Positions 38,801-53,800 of a stretch of DNA of 64,000 bases are shown piece after piece. This DNA comes from Eledone cirrhosa (Eukaryota), in the NCBI GenBank assembly GCA_964016885.1, contig OZ024744.1:94860001-94924000 (forward strand), written 5' to 3'. The translations under genes were made by a program, and so were the position numbers. Under the pieces are notes generated by a model that worked only from the letters and a program-made list of their open reading frames with translations, had not been told where the DNA came from and did not search any database. Each line of letters opens with the position of its first letter. Position 1 is the first letter of the stretch.

Positions 38801-41800
38801 TACTGTGTAGTTCTAAATCTAATACTGAGTAGTTCTAAATCTATTACTGTGTAGTTCTAAATCTAATACTGTGTAGTTCTAAATCTAATACTGTGTAGTT
38901 CTAAATCTAATACTGTGTAGTTCTAAATCTAATACTGTGTAGTTCTAAATCTAATACTGTGTAGTTCTAAATCTAATACTGTGTAGTTCTAAATCTAATA
39001 CTGTGTAGTTCTAAATCTAATACTGTGTAGTTCTAAATCTAATACTGTGTAGTGCTAAATCTAATACTGTGTAGTGCTAAATCTAATACTGTGTAGTGCT
39101 AAATCTAATACTGAGTAGTGCTAAATCTAATACTGTGTAGTGCTAAATCTAATATTGTGTAGTTCTAAATCTAATACTGTGTAGTTCTAAATCTAATACT
39201 GTGTAGTTCTAAATCTAATACTGTGTAGTTCTAAATCTAATACTGTGTAGTTCTAAATCTAATACTGTGTAGTGCTAAATCTAATACTGTGTAGTGCTAA
39301 ATCTAATACTGTGTAGTGCTAAATCTAATACTGAGTAGTGCTAAATCTAATACTGTGTAGTGCTAAATCTAATATTGTGTAGTTCTAAATCTAATACTGT
39401 GTAGTTCTAAACTAATACTGTGTAGTTCTAAATCTAATACTGTGTAGTTCTAAATCTAATATTGTGTAGTTCTAAATATAATACTGTGTAGTGCTAAATC
39501 TAATACTGTGTAGTTCTAAATCTAATACTGAGTAGTGCTAAATCTAATACTGTGTAGTGCTAAATATAATACTGTGTAGTTTTAAATCTAATACTGAGTA
39601 GTGCTAAATCTAATACTGTGTAGTGCTAAATCTAATACTGTGTAGTCCTAAATCTAATACTGAGTAGTGCTAAATCTAATACTGTGTAGTGCTAAATCTA
39701 ATATTGTGTAGTTCTAAATCTAATACTGTGTAGTTCTAAATCTAATACTCTGTAGTTCTAAATCTAATACTGAGTAGTGCTAAATCTAATACTGTGTAGT
39801 GCTAAATCTAATATTGTGTAGTTCTAAATCGAATACTGTGTAGTTCTAAATCTAATACTGAGTAGTGCTAAATCTAATACTGTGTAGTTCTAAATCTAAT
39901 ATTGTGTAGTTCTAAATCTAATACTGTGTAGTGCTAAATCTAATATTGTGTAGTTCTAAATCTAATACTGTGTAGTTCTAAATCTAATACTGTGTAGTTC
40001 TAAATCTAATACTGTGTAGTTCTAAATCTAATATTGTGTAGTTCTAAATATAATACTGTGTAGTTCTAAATCTAATACTGTGTAGTTCTAAATCTAATAC
40101 TGTGTAGTGCTAAATCTAATATTGTGTAGTTCTAAATCTAATACTGAGTAGTGCTAAATCTAATACTGTGTAGTGCTAAATCTAATACTGTGTAGTGCTA
40201 AATCTAATACTGAGTAGTGCTAAATCTAATACTGTGTAGTGCTAAATCTAATATTGTGTAGTTCTAAATCTAATACTGTGTAGTTCTAAATCTAATACTG
40301 TGTAGTGCTAAATCTAATACTGTGTAGTTCTAAATCTAATATTGTGTAGTTCTAAATATAATACTGTGTAGTTCTAAATCTAATATTGTGTAGTTCTAAA
40401 TCTAATACTGTGTAGTTCTAAATCTAATATTGTGTAGTTCTAAATCTAATACTGTGTAGTTCTAAATCTAATACTGTGTAGTTCTAAATCTAATATTGTG
40501 TAGTTCTAAATATAATACTGTGTAGTGCTAAATCTAATACTGTGTAGTTCTAAATCTAATACTGAGTAGTGCTAAATCTAATACTGTGTAGTGCTAAATA
40601 TAATACTGTGTAGTTTTAAATCTAATACTGAGTAGTGCTAAATCTAATACTGTGTAGTGCTAAATCTAATACTGTGTAGTGCTAAATCTAATACTGAGTA
40701 GTGCTAAATCTAATACTGTGTAGTGCTAAATCTAATATTGTGTAGTTCTAAATCTAATACTGTGTAGTTCTAAATCTAATACTGTGTAGTTCTAAATCTA
40801 ATACTGAGTAGTGCTAAATCTAATACTGTGTAGTGCTAAATCTAATATTGTGTAGTTCTAAATCTAATACTGTGTAGTTCTAAATCTAATACTGAGTAGT
40901 GCTAAATCTAATACTGTGTAGTTCTAAATCTAATATTGTGTAGTTCTAAATCTAATACTGTGTAGATCTAAATCTAATACTATGTAGTTCTAAATCTAAT
41001 ACTGTGTAGTGCTAAATCTAATATTGTGTAGTTCTAAATCTAATACTGTGTAGATCTAAATCTAATACTGTGTAGTTCTAAATCTAATATTGTGTAGTTC
41101 TAAATCTAATACTGTGTAGTTCTAAGTCTAATACTGTGTAGTTCTAAATCTAATACTGTGTAGTTCTAAATCTAATATTGTGTAGTTCTAAATATAATAC
41201 TGTGTAGTGCTAAATCTAATATTGTGTAGTTCTAAATCTAATACTGTGTAGATCTAAATCTAATATTGTGTAGTTCTAAATCTAATATTGTGTAGTTCTA
41301 AATATAATACTGTGTAGTGCTAAATCTAATATTGTGTAGTTCTAAATCTAATACTGAGTAGTGCTAAATCTAATACTGTGTAGTTCTAAATCTAATACTG
41401 TGTAGTTCTAAATCTAATACTGTGTAGTTCTAAATCTAATAATATGTAGTTCTAAATCTAATACTGTGTAGTTCTAAATCTAATACTGTGTAGTTCTAAA
41501 TCTAATATTGTGTAGCTCTAAATCTAATACTGTGTAGTTCTAAATCTAATATTGTGTAGTTCTAAATCTAATACTATGTAGTTCTAAATCTAATATTGCG
41601 TAGTTTTAAATCTAATATTGTGTAGTTCTAAATCTAATACTGTGTAATTCTAAATCTATTACAGTGTAGTTCTAAATCTAATATTGTGTAGTTCTAAATC
41701 TAATATCGTGTAGTTCTAAATCTAATACTGTGTACTTCTAAATCTATTACAGTGTAGTTCTAAATTTTAGTACTGTGTAGTTCTGAATCTAATACTGTGT

Positions 41801-44800
41801 AGTGCTAAATCTAATACTGTGTAGTTCTAAATCTAATACTGTGTAGTTATAATCTAATACTGTGTAATTCTAAATCTAATACTGTGTAGTTCTAAATCTA
41901 ATATTGTGTAGTTCTAAATCTAATACTGTGTAGTTCTAAATCTAATACTGTGTAGTTCTAAATCTAATACTGTGTGGTTCTAAATCTAATACTGTGTAGT
42001 TCTAAATCTAATATTGTGTAGTTCTAAATCTAATACTGTGTAGTTCTAAATCTAATACTGTGTAGTTCTAAATCTAATATTGTGTAGTTCTAAATCTAAT
42101 ACTGTGTAGTTCTATATCTAATATTGTGTAGTTCTAAATCTAATATTGTGTAGTTCTAAATCTAATATTGTGTAATTCTAAATATAATACTGTGTAGTTC
42201 TAAATCTAATACTGTGTAGTGCTAAATCTAATACGGTGAGGTTCTAAATCTAATATTGTGTAGTTATAAATATAATACTGTGTAGTTCTAAATATAATAC
42301 TGTGTAGTGCTAAATCTAATATTGTGTAGTTCTAAATCTAATAATATGTAGTTCTAAATCTAATACTGTGTAGTTCTAAATCTAATACTGTGTAGTTCTA
42401 AATCTAATATTGTGTAGTTCTAAATCTAATACTGTGTAGTTCTAAATCTAATATTGTGTAGTTCTAAATCTAATACTATGTAGTTCTAAATCTAATACTG
42501 TGTAGTTCTAAATCTAATACTGTGTAGTTCTAAATCTAATATTGTGTAGTTCTAAATCTAATACTGTGTAGTTCTAAATCTAATATTGTGTAGTTCTAAA
42601 TCTAATACTATGTAGTTCTAAATCTAATATTGCGTAGTTCTAAATCTAATATTGTGTAGTTCTAAATCTAATACTGTGTACTTCTAAATCTATTACAGTG
42701 TAGTTCTAAATCTAATATTGTGTAGTTCTAAATCTAATATCGTGTAGTTCTAAATCTAATACTGTGTACTTCTAAATCTATTACAGTGTAGTTCTAAATT
42801 TTAGTACTGTGTAGTTCTAAATCTAATACTGTGTAGTGCTAAATCTAATACTGTGTAGTTCTAAATCTAATACTGTGTAGTTATAATCTAATACTGTGTG
42901 GTTCTAAATCTAATACTGTGTAGTTCTAAATCTAATATTGTGTAGTTCTAAATCTAATACTGTGTAGTTCTAAATCTAATACTGTGTAGTTCTAAATCTA
43001 ATATTGTGTAGTTCTAAATCTAATACTGTGTAGTTCTATATCTAATATTGTGTAGTTCTAAATCTAATATTGTGTAGTTCTAAATCTAATATTGTGTAAT
43101 TCTAAATATAATACTGTGTAGTTCTAAATCTAATACTGTGTAGTGCTAAATCTAATACTGTGAGGTTCTAAATCTAATATTGTGTAGTTCTAAATATAAT
43201 ACTGTGTAGTGCTAAATCTAATACTGTGTGGTTCTAAATCTAATAATGTGTAGTTCTAAATCCAATACTGTGTAGTTCTAAATCTAATATTGTGTAGTTC
43301 TAAATCTAATACTATGTAGTTCTAAATCTAATACTGTGTAGTTCTAAATCTAATACTGTGTAGTTCTAAATCTAATATTGTGTAGTTCTAAATCTAATAC
43401 TGTGTAGTTCTAAATCTAATATTGTGTAGTTCTAAATCTAATACTATGTAGTTCTAAATCTAATATTGTGTAGTTCTAAATCTAATACTGTGTAGTTCTA
43501 AATCTAATATTGTGTAGTTATAATCTAATACTGTGTAGTGCTAAATCTAATACTGTGTAGTGCTAAATCTAATACTGAGTAGTGCTAAATCTAATACTGT
43601 GTAGTGCTAAATCTAATATTGTGTAGTTCTAAATCTAATACTGTGTAGTTCTAAATCTAATACTGTGTAGTTCTAAATCTAATACTGTGTAGTTCTAAAT
43701 CTAATATTGTGTAGTTCTAAATTTAATACTGTGTAGTTCTAAATCTAATACTGTGTAGTTCTAAATCTAATACTGTGTAGTTCTAAATCTAATACTGTGT
43801 AGTTCTAAATCTAACACTGTGTAGTTCTAAATCTAATATTGTGTAGTTCTAAATCTAATACTGTGTAGTTCTAAATTTAATACTGTGTAGTTCTAAATCT
43901 AATACTGTGTAGTTCTAAATCTAATACTGTGTAGTTCTAAATCTAATACTGTGTAGTTCTAAATCTAATACTGTGTAGTTCTAAATCTAATATTGTGTAA
44001 TTCTAAATCTAATACTGTGTAGTTCTAAATCTAATACTGTGTAGTTCTAAATCTAATACTATGTAGTTATAAATCTAATACTGTGTAGTTCTAAATCTAA
44101 TACTGTGTAGTTCTAAATCTAATACTGTGTAGTTCTAAATCTAATACTGAGTAGTTCTAAATCTATTACTGTGTAGTTCTAAATCTAATACTGTGTAGTT
44201 CTAAATCTAATACTGTGTAGTTCTAAATCTAATACTGTGTAGTTCTAAATCTAATACTGTGTAGTTCTAAATCTAATACTGTGTAGTTCTAAATCTAATA
44301 CTGTGTAGTTCTAAATCTAATACTGTGTAGTTCTAAATCTAATACTGTGTAGTTCTAAATCTAATACTGTGTAGTGCTAAATCTAATACTGTGTAGTGCT
44401 AAATCTAATACTGTGTAGTGCTAAATCTAATACTGAGTAGTGCTAAATCTAATACTGTGTAGTGCTAAATCTAATATTGTGTAGTTCTAAATCTAATACT
44501 GTGTAGTTCTAAATCTAATACTGTGTAGTTCTAAATCTAATACTGTGTAGTTCTAAATCTAATACTGTGTAGTTCTAAATCTAATACTGTGTAGTGCTAA
44601 ATCTAATACTGTGTAGTGCTAAATCTAATACTGTGTAGTGCTAAATCTAATACTGAGTAGTGCTAAATCTAATACTGTGTAGTGCTAAATCTAATATTGT
44701 GTAGTTCTAAATCTAATACTGTGTAGTTCTAAACTAATACTGTGTAGTTCTAAATCTAATACTGTGTAGTTCTAAATCTAATATTGTGTAGTTCTAAATA

Positions 44801-47800
44801 TAATACTGTGTAGTGCTAATTCTAATACTGTGTAGTTCTAAATCTAATACTGAGTAGTGCTAAATCTAATACTGTGTAGTGCTAAATATAATACTGTGTA
44901 GTTTTAAATCTAATACTGAGTAGTGCTAAATCTAATACTGTGTAGTGCTAAATCTAATACTGTGTAGTCCTAAATCTAATACTGAGTAGTGCTAAATCTA
45001 ATACTGTGTAGTGCTAAATCTAATATTGTGTAGTTCTAAATCTAATACTGTGTAGTTCTAAATCTAATACTCTGTAGTTCTAAATCTAATACTGAGTAGT
45101 GCTAAATCTAATACTGTGTAGTGCTAAATCTAATATTGTGTAGTTCTAAATCGAATACTGTGTAGTTCTAAATCTAATACTGAGTAGTGCTAAATCTAAT
45201 ACTGTGTAGTTCTAAATCTAATATTGTGTAGTTCTAAATCTAATACTGTGTAGTGCTAAATCTAATATTGTGTAGTTCTAAATCTAATACTGTGTAGTTC
45301 TAAATCTAATACTGTGTAGTTCTAAATCTAATACTGTGTAGTTCTAAATCTAATATTGTGTAGTTCTAAATATAATACTGTGTAGTTCTAAATCTAATAC
45401 TGTGTAGTTCTAAATCTAATACTGTGTAGTGCTAAATCTAATATTGTGTAGTTCTAAATCTAATACTGAGTAGTGCTAAATCTAATACTGTGTAGTGCTA
45501 AATCTAATACTGTGTAGTGCTAAATCTAATACTGAGTAGTGCTAAATCTAATACTGTGTAGTGCTAAATCTAATATTGTGTAGTTCTAAATCTAATACTG
45601 TGTAGTTCTAAATCTAATACTGTGTAGTGCTAAATCTAATACTGTGTAGTTCTAAATCTAATATTGTGTAGTTCTAAATATAATACTGTGTAGTTCTAAA
45701 TCTAATATTGTGTAGTTCTAAATCTAATACTGTGTAGTTCTAAATCTAATATTGTGTAGTTCTAAATCTAATACTGTGTAGTTCTAAATCTAATACTGTG
45801 TAGTTCTAAATCTAATATTGTGTAGTTCTAAATATAATACTGTGTAGTGCTAAATCTAATACTGTGTAGTTCTAAATCTAATACTGAGTAGTGCTAAATC
45901 TAATACTGTGTAGTGCTAAATATAATACTGTGTAGTTTTAAATCTAATACTGAGTAGTGCTAAATCTAATACTGTGTAGTGCTAAATCTAATACTGTGTA
46001 GTGCTAAATCTAATACTGAGTAGTGCTAAATCTAATACTGTGTAGTGCTAAATCTAATATTGTGTAGTTCTAAATCTAATACTGTGTAGTTCTAAATCTA
46101 ATACTGTGTAGTTCTAAATCTAATACTGAGTAGTGCTAAATCTAATACTGTGTAGTGCTAAATCTAATATTGTGTAGTTCTAAATCTAATACTGTGTAGT
46201 TCTAAATCTAATACTGAGTAGTGCTAAATCTAATACTGTGTAGTTCTAAATCTAATATTGTGTAGTTCTAAATCTAATACTGTGTAGATCTAAATCTAAT
46301 ACTATGTAGTTCTAAATCTAATACTGTGTAGTGCTAAATCTAATATTGTGTAGTTCTAAATCTAATACTGTGTAGATCTAAATCTAATACTGTGTAGTTC
46401 TAAATCTAATATTGTGTAGTTCTAAATCTAATACTGTGTAGTTCTAAGTCTAATACTGTGTAGTTCTAAATCTAATACTGTGTAGTTCTAAATCTAATAT
46501 TGTGTAGTTCTAAATATAATACTGTGTAGTGCTAAATCTAATATTGTGTAGTTCTAAATCTAATACTGTGTAGATCTAAATCTAATATTGTGTAGTTCTA
46601 AATCTAATATTGTGTAGTTCTAAATATAATACTGTGTAGTGCTAAATCTAATATTGTGTAGTTCTAAATCTAATACTGAGTAGTGCTAAATCTAATACTG
46701 TGTAGTTCTAAATCTAATACTGTGTAGTTCTAAATCTAATACTGTGTAGTTCTAAATCTAATAATATGTAGTTCTAAATCTAATACTGTGTAGTTCTAAA
46801 TCTAATACTGTGTAGTTCTAAATCTAATATTGTGTAGCTCTAAATCTAATACTGTGTAGTTCTAAATCTAATATTGTGTAGTTCTAAATCTAATACTATG
46901 TAGTTCTAAATCTAATATTGCGTAGTTTTAAATCTAATATTGTGTAGTTCTAAATCTAATACTGTGTAATTCTAAATCTATTACAGTGTAGTTCTAAATC
47001 TAATATTGTGTAGTTCTAAATCTAATATCGTGTAGTTCTAAATCTAATACTGTGTACTTCTAAATCTATTACAGTGTAGTTCTAAATTTTAGTACTGTGT
47101 AGTTCTGAATCTAATACTGTGTAGTGCTAAATCTAATACTGTGTAGTTCTAAATCTAATACTGTGTAGTTATAATCTAATACTGTGTAATTCTAAATCTA
47201 ATACTGTGTAGTTCTAAATCTAATATTGTGTAGTTCTAAATCTAATACTGTGTAGTTCTAAATCTAATACTGTGTAGTTCTAAATCTAATACTGTGTGGT
47301 TCTAAATCTAATACTGTGTAGTTCTAAATCTAATATTGTGTAGTTCTAAATCTAATACTGTGTAGTTCTAAATCTAATACTGTGTAGTTCTAAATCTAAT
47401 ATTGTGTAGTTCTAAATCTAATACTGTGTAGTTCTATATCTAATATTGTGTAGTTCTAAATCTAATATTGTGTAGTTCTAAATCTAATATTGTGTAATTC
47501 TAAATATAATACTGTGTAGTTCTAAATCTAATACTGTGTAGTGCTAAATCTAATACGGTGAGGTTCTAAATCTAATATTGTGTAGTTATAAATATAATAC
47601 TGTGTAGTTCTAAATATAATACTGTGTAGTGCTAAATCTAATATTGTGTAGTTCTAAATCTAATAATATGTAGTTCTAAATCTAATACTGTGTAGTTCTA
47701 AATCTAATACTGTGTAGTTCTAAATCTAATATTGTGTAGTTCTAAATCTAATACTGTGTAGTTCTAAATCTAATATTGTGTAGTTCTAAATCTAATACTA

Positions 47801-50800
47801 TGTAGTTCTAAATCTAATACTGTGTAGTTCTAAATCTAATACTGTGTAGTTCTAAATCTAATATTGTGTAGTTCTAAATCTAATACTGTGTAGTTCTAAA
47901 TCTAATATTGTGTAGTTCTAAATCTAATACTATGTAGTTCTAAATCTAATATTGCGTAGTTCTAAATCTAATATTGTGTAGTTCTAAATCTAATACTGTG
48001 TACTTCTAAATCTATTACAGTGTAGTTCTAAATCTAATATTGTGTAGTTCTAAATCTAATATCGTGTAGTTCTAAATCTAATACTGTGTACTTCTAAATC
48101 TATTACAGTGTAGTTCTAAATTTTAGTACTGTGTAGTTCTAAATCTAATACTGTGTAGTGCTAAATCTAATACTGTGTAGTTCTAAATCTAATACTGTGT
48201 AGTTATAATCTAATACTGTGTGGTTCTAAATCTAATACTGTGTAGTTCTAAATCTAATATTGTGTAGTTCTAAATCTAATACTGTGTAGTTCTAAATCTA
48301 ATACTGTGTAGTTCTAAATCTAATATTGTGTAGTTCTAAATCTAATACTGTGTAGTTCTATATCTAATATTGTGTAGTTCTAAATCTAATATTGTGTAGT
48401 TCTAAATCTAATATTGTGTAATTCTAAATATAATACTGTGTAGTTCTAAATCTAATACTGTGTAGTGCTAAATCTAATACTGTGAGGTTCTAAATCTAAT
48501 ATTGTGTAGTTCTAAATATAATACTGTGTAGTGCTAAATCTAATACTGTGTGGTTCTAAATCTAATAATGTGTAGTTCTAAATCCAATACTGTGTAGTTC
48601 TAAATCTAATATTGTGTAGTTCTAAATCTAATACTATGTAGTTCTAAATCTAATACTGTGTAGTTCTAAATCTAATACTGTGTAGTTCTAAATCTAATAT
48701 TGTGTAGTTCTAAATCTAATACTGTGTAGTTCTAAATCTAATATTGTGTAGTTCTAAATCTAATACTATGTAGTTCTAAATCTAATATTGTGTAGTTCTA
48801 AATCTAATACTGTGTAGTTCTATATCTAATATTGTGTAGTTCTAAATCTAATATTGTGTAGTTCTAAATCTAATATTGTGTAATTCTAAATATAATACTG
48901 TGTAGTTCTAAATCTAATACTGTGTAGTGCTAAATCTAATACTGTGAGGTTCTAAATCTAATATTGTGTAGTTCTAAATCTAATACTGAGTAGTGCTAAA
49001 TATAATACTGTGTGGTTCTAAATCTAATAATGTGTAGTTCTAAATCTAATACTGTGTAGTTCTAAATCTAATACTGTGTAGTTCTAAATCTAATAATATG
49101 TAGTTCTAAATCTAATACTGTGTAGTTCTAAATCTAATACTGTGTAGTTCTAAATCTAATATTGTGTAGTTCTAAATCTAATATTGTGTAGTTCTAAATC
49201 TAATACTGTGTAGTTATAATCTAATACTGTGTAATTCTAAATCTAATACCGTGTAGTGCTAAATCTAATACTGTGTAGTTCTAAATCTAATATTGTGTAG
49301 TTCTAAATCTAATACTATGTAGTTCTAAATCTAATACTGTGTAGTTCTAAATCTAATACTGTGTAGATCTAAATCTAATACTATGTAGTTCTAAATCTAA
49401 TACTGTGTAGTGCTAAATCTAATATTGTGTAGTTCTAAATCTAATACTGTGTAGATCTAAATCTAATACTGTGTAGTTCTAAATCTAATATTGTGTAGTT
49501 CTAAATCTAATACTGTGTAGTTCTAAATCTAATATTGTGTAGTTCTAAATCTAATACTGTGTAGTTCTATATCTAATATTGTGTAGTTCTAAATCTAATA
49601 TTGTGTAGTTCTAAATCTAATATTGTGTAATTCTAAATCTAATACTGTGTAGTGCTAAATCTAATACTGTGAGGTTCTAAATCTAATATTGTGTAGTTCT
49701 AAATATAATACTGTGTAGTTCTAAATATAAGACTATGTAGTTCTAAATATAATACTGTGTACTTCTAAATCTAATACTATGTAGTTCTAAATCTAATACT
49801 GTGTAGTTCTAAATCTAATACTGTGTAGTTCTAAATCTAATACTGTGTAGTTCAACATCTAATACTGTGTAGTTCTAAATCCAATACTATGTAGTTCTAA
49901 ATCTAATGTGTAGTTCTAAATCTAATATTGTGTAGTTCTAAATCTAATACTGTGTAGTTCTAAATCTAATACTGTGTAGTTCTAAATCTAATACTGTGTA
50001 GTTCTAAATCTAATATTGTGTAGTTCTAAATCTAATACTGTGTAATTCTAAATCTAATGTGTAGTTATAAATCTAATACTGTGTAGTTCTAAATCTAATA
50101 CTGTGTAGTTCAACATCTAATACTGTGTAGTTCTAAATCCAATACTATGTAGTTATAAATTTAATATTGTGTAGTTCTAAATTTAATACTGTGTAGTTCT
50201 AAATCTAATATTGTGTAGTTCTAAATCTAATACTGTGTAGTTCTAAATCTAATACTGTGTAGTTCTAAATCTAATACTGTGTAGTTCTAAATCTAATATT
50301 GTGTAGTTCTAAATCTAATACTGTGTAATTCTAAATCTAATGTGTAGTTCTAAATCTAATATTGTGTAGTTCTAAATCTAATACTGTGTAGTTCTAAATC
50401 TAATACTGTGTAGTTCTAAATCTAATAATATGTAGTTCTAAATCTAATAATATGTAGTTCTAAATCTAATACTGTGTAGTTCTAAATCTAATATTGTGTA
50501 GTTCTAAATCTAATACTGTGTAGTTCTAAATCTAATACTGTGTATTTCTAAATTTAATATTGTGTAGTTCTAAATTTTAGTACTGTGTAGTTCTAAATCT
50601 AATACTGTGTAGTGCTAAATCTAATACTGTGTAGTTCTAAATCTAATACTGTGTAGTTATAATCTAATACTGTCTAGTTCTAAATCTAATACTGTGTAGT
50701 TCTAAATCTAATATTGTGTAGTTCTAAATCTAATACTGCGTAGTTCTATATCTAATATTGTGTAGTTCTAAATCTAATATTGTATAGTTCTAAATCTAAT

Positions 50801-53800
50801 ATTGTGTAATTCTAAATATAATACTGTGTAGTTCTAAATCTAATACTGTGTAGTGCTAAATCTAATACTGTGAGGTTCTAAATCTAATATTGTGTAGTTC
50901 TAAATATAATACTGTGTAGTTCTAAATATAATACTGTGTAGTTCTAAATATAATACTATGTAGTTCTAAATCTAATACTGTGTAGTTCTAAATCTAATAT
51001 TGTGAAGTTCTAAATCTAATACTGTGTAGTTCTAAATCTAATACTGTGTAGTTCTACATCTAATACTGTGTAGTTCTAAATCTAATACTATGTAGTTATA
51101 AATCTAATATTGTGTAGTTCTAAATTTAATACTGTGTAGTTCTAAATCTAATATTGTGTAGTTCTAAATCTAATACTGTGTAGTTTTAAATCTAATACTG
51201 TGTAGTTCTAAATCTAATATTGTGTAGTTCTAAATCTAATACTGTGTAGTTCTAAATCTAATACTGTGTAGTTCTAAATCTAATACTGTGTAGTTCTAAA
51301 TCTAATACTGTGTAAGTTCTAAATCTAATACTGTGTAGTTCTAAATCTAATACTGTGTAGTACTAAATCTAATACTGTGTAGTTCTAAATCTAATACTAT
51401 GAAGTTCTGAATCTAATACTGTGTTATTCTAAATCTAATACTGTGTAGTTCTAAATCTAATATTGTGTAGTTCTAAATCTAATACTATGTAGTTCTAAAT
51501 CTAATATTGCGTAGTTCTAAATCTAATATTGTGTAGTTCTAAATCTAATACTGTGTACTTCTAAATCTATTACAGTGTAGTTCTAAATCTAATATTGTGT
51601 AGTTCTAAATCTAATATCGTGTAGTTCTAAATCTAATACTGTGTACTTCTAAATCTATTATAGTGTAGTTCTAAATTTTAGTACTGTGTAGTTCTAAATG
51701 TAATACTGTGTAGTGCTAAATCTAATACTGTGTAGTTCTAAATCTAATACTGTGTAGTTATAATCTAATACTGTGTGGTTCTAAATCTAATACTGTGTAG
51801 TTCTAAATCTAATATTGTGTAGTTCTAAATCTAATACTGTGTAGTTCTAAATCTAATACTGTGTAGTTCTAAATCTAATATTGTGTAGTTCTAAATCTAA
51901 TACTGTGTAGTTCTATATCTAATATTGTGTAGTTCTAAATCTAATATTGTGTAGTTCTAAATCTAATATTGTGTAATTCTAAATATAATACTGTGTAGTT
52001 CTAAATCTAATACTGTGTAGTGCTAAATCTAATACTGTGAGGTTCTAAATCTAATATTGTGTAGTTCTAAATATAATACTGTGTAGTTCTAAATATAATA
52101 CTGTGTACTGCTAAATCTAATATTGTGTAGTTCTAAATCTAATACTGAGTAGTGCTAAATCTAATACTGTGTGGTTCTAAATCTAATAATGTGTAGTTCT
52201 AAATCTAATACTGTGTAGTTCTAAATCTAATACTGTGTAGTTCTAAATCTAATAATATGTAGTTCTAAATCTAATACTGTGTAGTTCTAAATCTAATACT
52301 GTGTAGTTCTAAATCTAATATTGTGTAGTTCTAAATCTAATACTGTGTAGTTCTAAATCTAATATTGTGTAGTTCTAAATCTAATACTGTGTAGTTATAA
52401 TCTAATACTGTGTAATTCTAAATCTAATACCGTGTAGTGCTAAATCTAATACTGTGTAGTTCTAAATCTAATATTGTGTAGTTCTAAATCTAATACTGTG
52501 TAGTTCTAAATCTAATACTGTGTAGTTCTAAATCTAATACTGTGTAGATCTAAATCTAATACTGTGTAGATCTAAATCTAATACTGTGTAGTTCTAAATC
52601 TAATACTGTGTAGATCTAAATCTAATACTGTGTAGTTCTAAATCTAATACTATGTAGTTATAAATTTAATATTGTGTAGTTCTAAATTTAATACTGTGTA
52701 GTTCTAAATCTAATATTGTGTAGTTCTAAATCTAATACTGAGTAGTTCTAAATCTAATACTGTGTAGTTCTAAATCTAATACTGTGTAGTTCTAAATCTA
52801 ATATTGTGTAGTTCTAAATCTAATATTGTGGAGTACTAAATCTAATACTGTGTAGTTCTAAATCTAATACTGTGTAGTGCTAAATCTAATACTGTGTAGT
52901 GCTAAATCTAATATTGTGTAGTTCTAAATCTAATACTATGTAGTTCTAAATCTAATACTGTGTAGTTCTAAATCTAATACTGTGTAGATCTAAATCTAAT
53001 ACTATGTAGTTCTAAATCTAATACTGTGTAGTGCTAAATCTAATATTGTGTAGTTCTAAATCTAATACTGTGTAGATCTAAATCTAATACTGTGTAGTTC
53101 TAAATCTAATATTGTGTAGTTCTAAATCTAATACTGTGTAGTTCTAAATCTAATATTGTGTAGTTCTAAATCTAATACTGTGTAGTTCTAAATCTAATAT
53201 TGTGTAGTTCTAAATCTAATACTGTGTAGTTCTAAATCTAATATTGTGTAGTTCTAAATCTAATACTGTGTAGTTCTATATCTAATATTGTGTAGTTCTA
53301 AATCTAATATTGTGTAGTTCTAAATCTAATATTGTGTAATTCTAAATATAATACTGTGTAGTTCTAAATCTAATACTGTGTAGTGCTAAATCTAATACTG
53401 TGAGGTTCTAAATCTAATATTGTGTAGTTCTAAATATAATACTGTGTAGTTCTAAATATAATACTGTGTACTGCTAAATCTAATATTGTGTAGTTCTAAA
53501 TCTAATACTGAGTAGTGCTAACTCTAATACTGTGTGGTTCTAAATCTAATAATGTGTAGTTCTAAATCTAATACTGTGTAGTTCTAAATCTAATACTGTG
53601 TAGTTCTAAATCTAATAATATGTAGTTCTAAATCTAATACTGTGTAGTTCTAAATCTAATACTGTGTAGTTCTAAATCTAATATTGTGTAGTTCTAAATC
53701 TAATACTGTGTAGTTCTAAATCTAATATTGTGTAGTTCTAAATCTAATACTGTGTAGTTATAATCTAATACTGTGTAATTCTAAATCTAATACCGTGTAG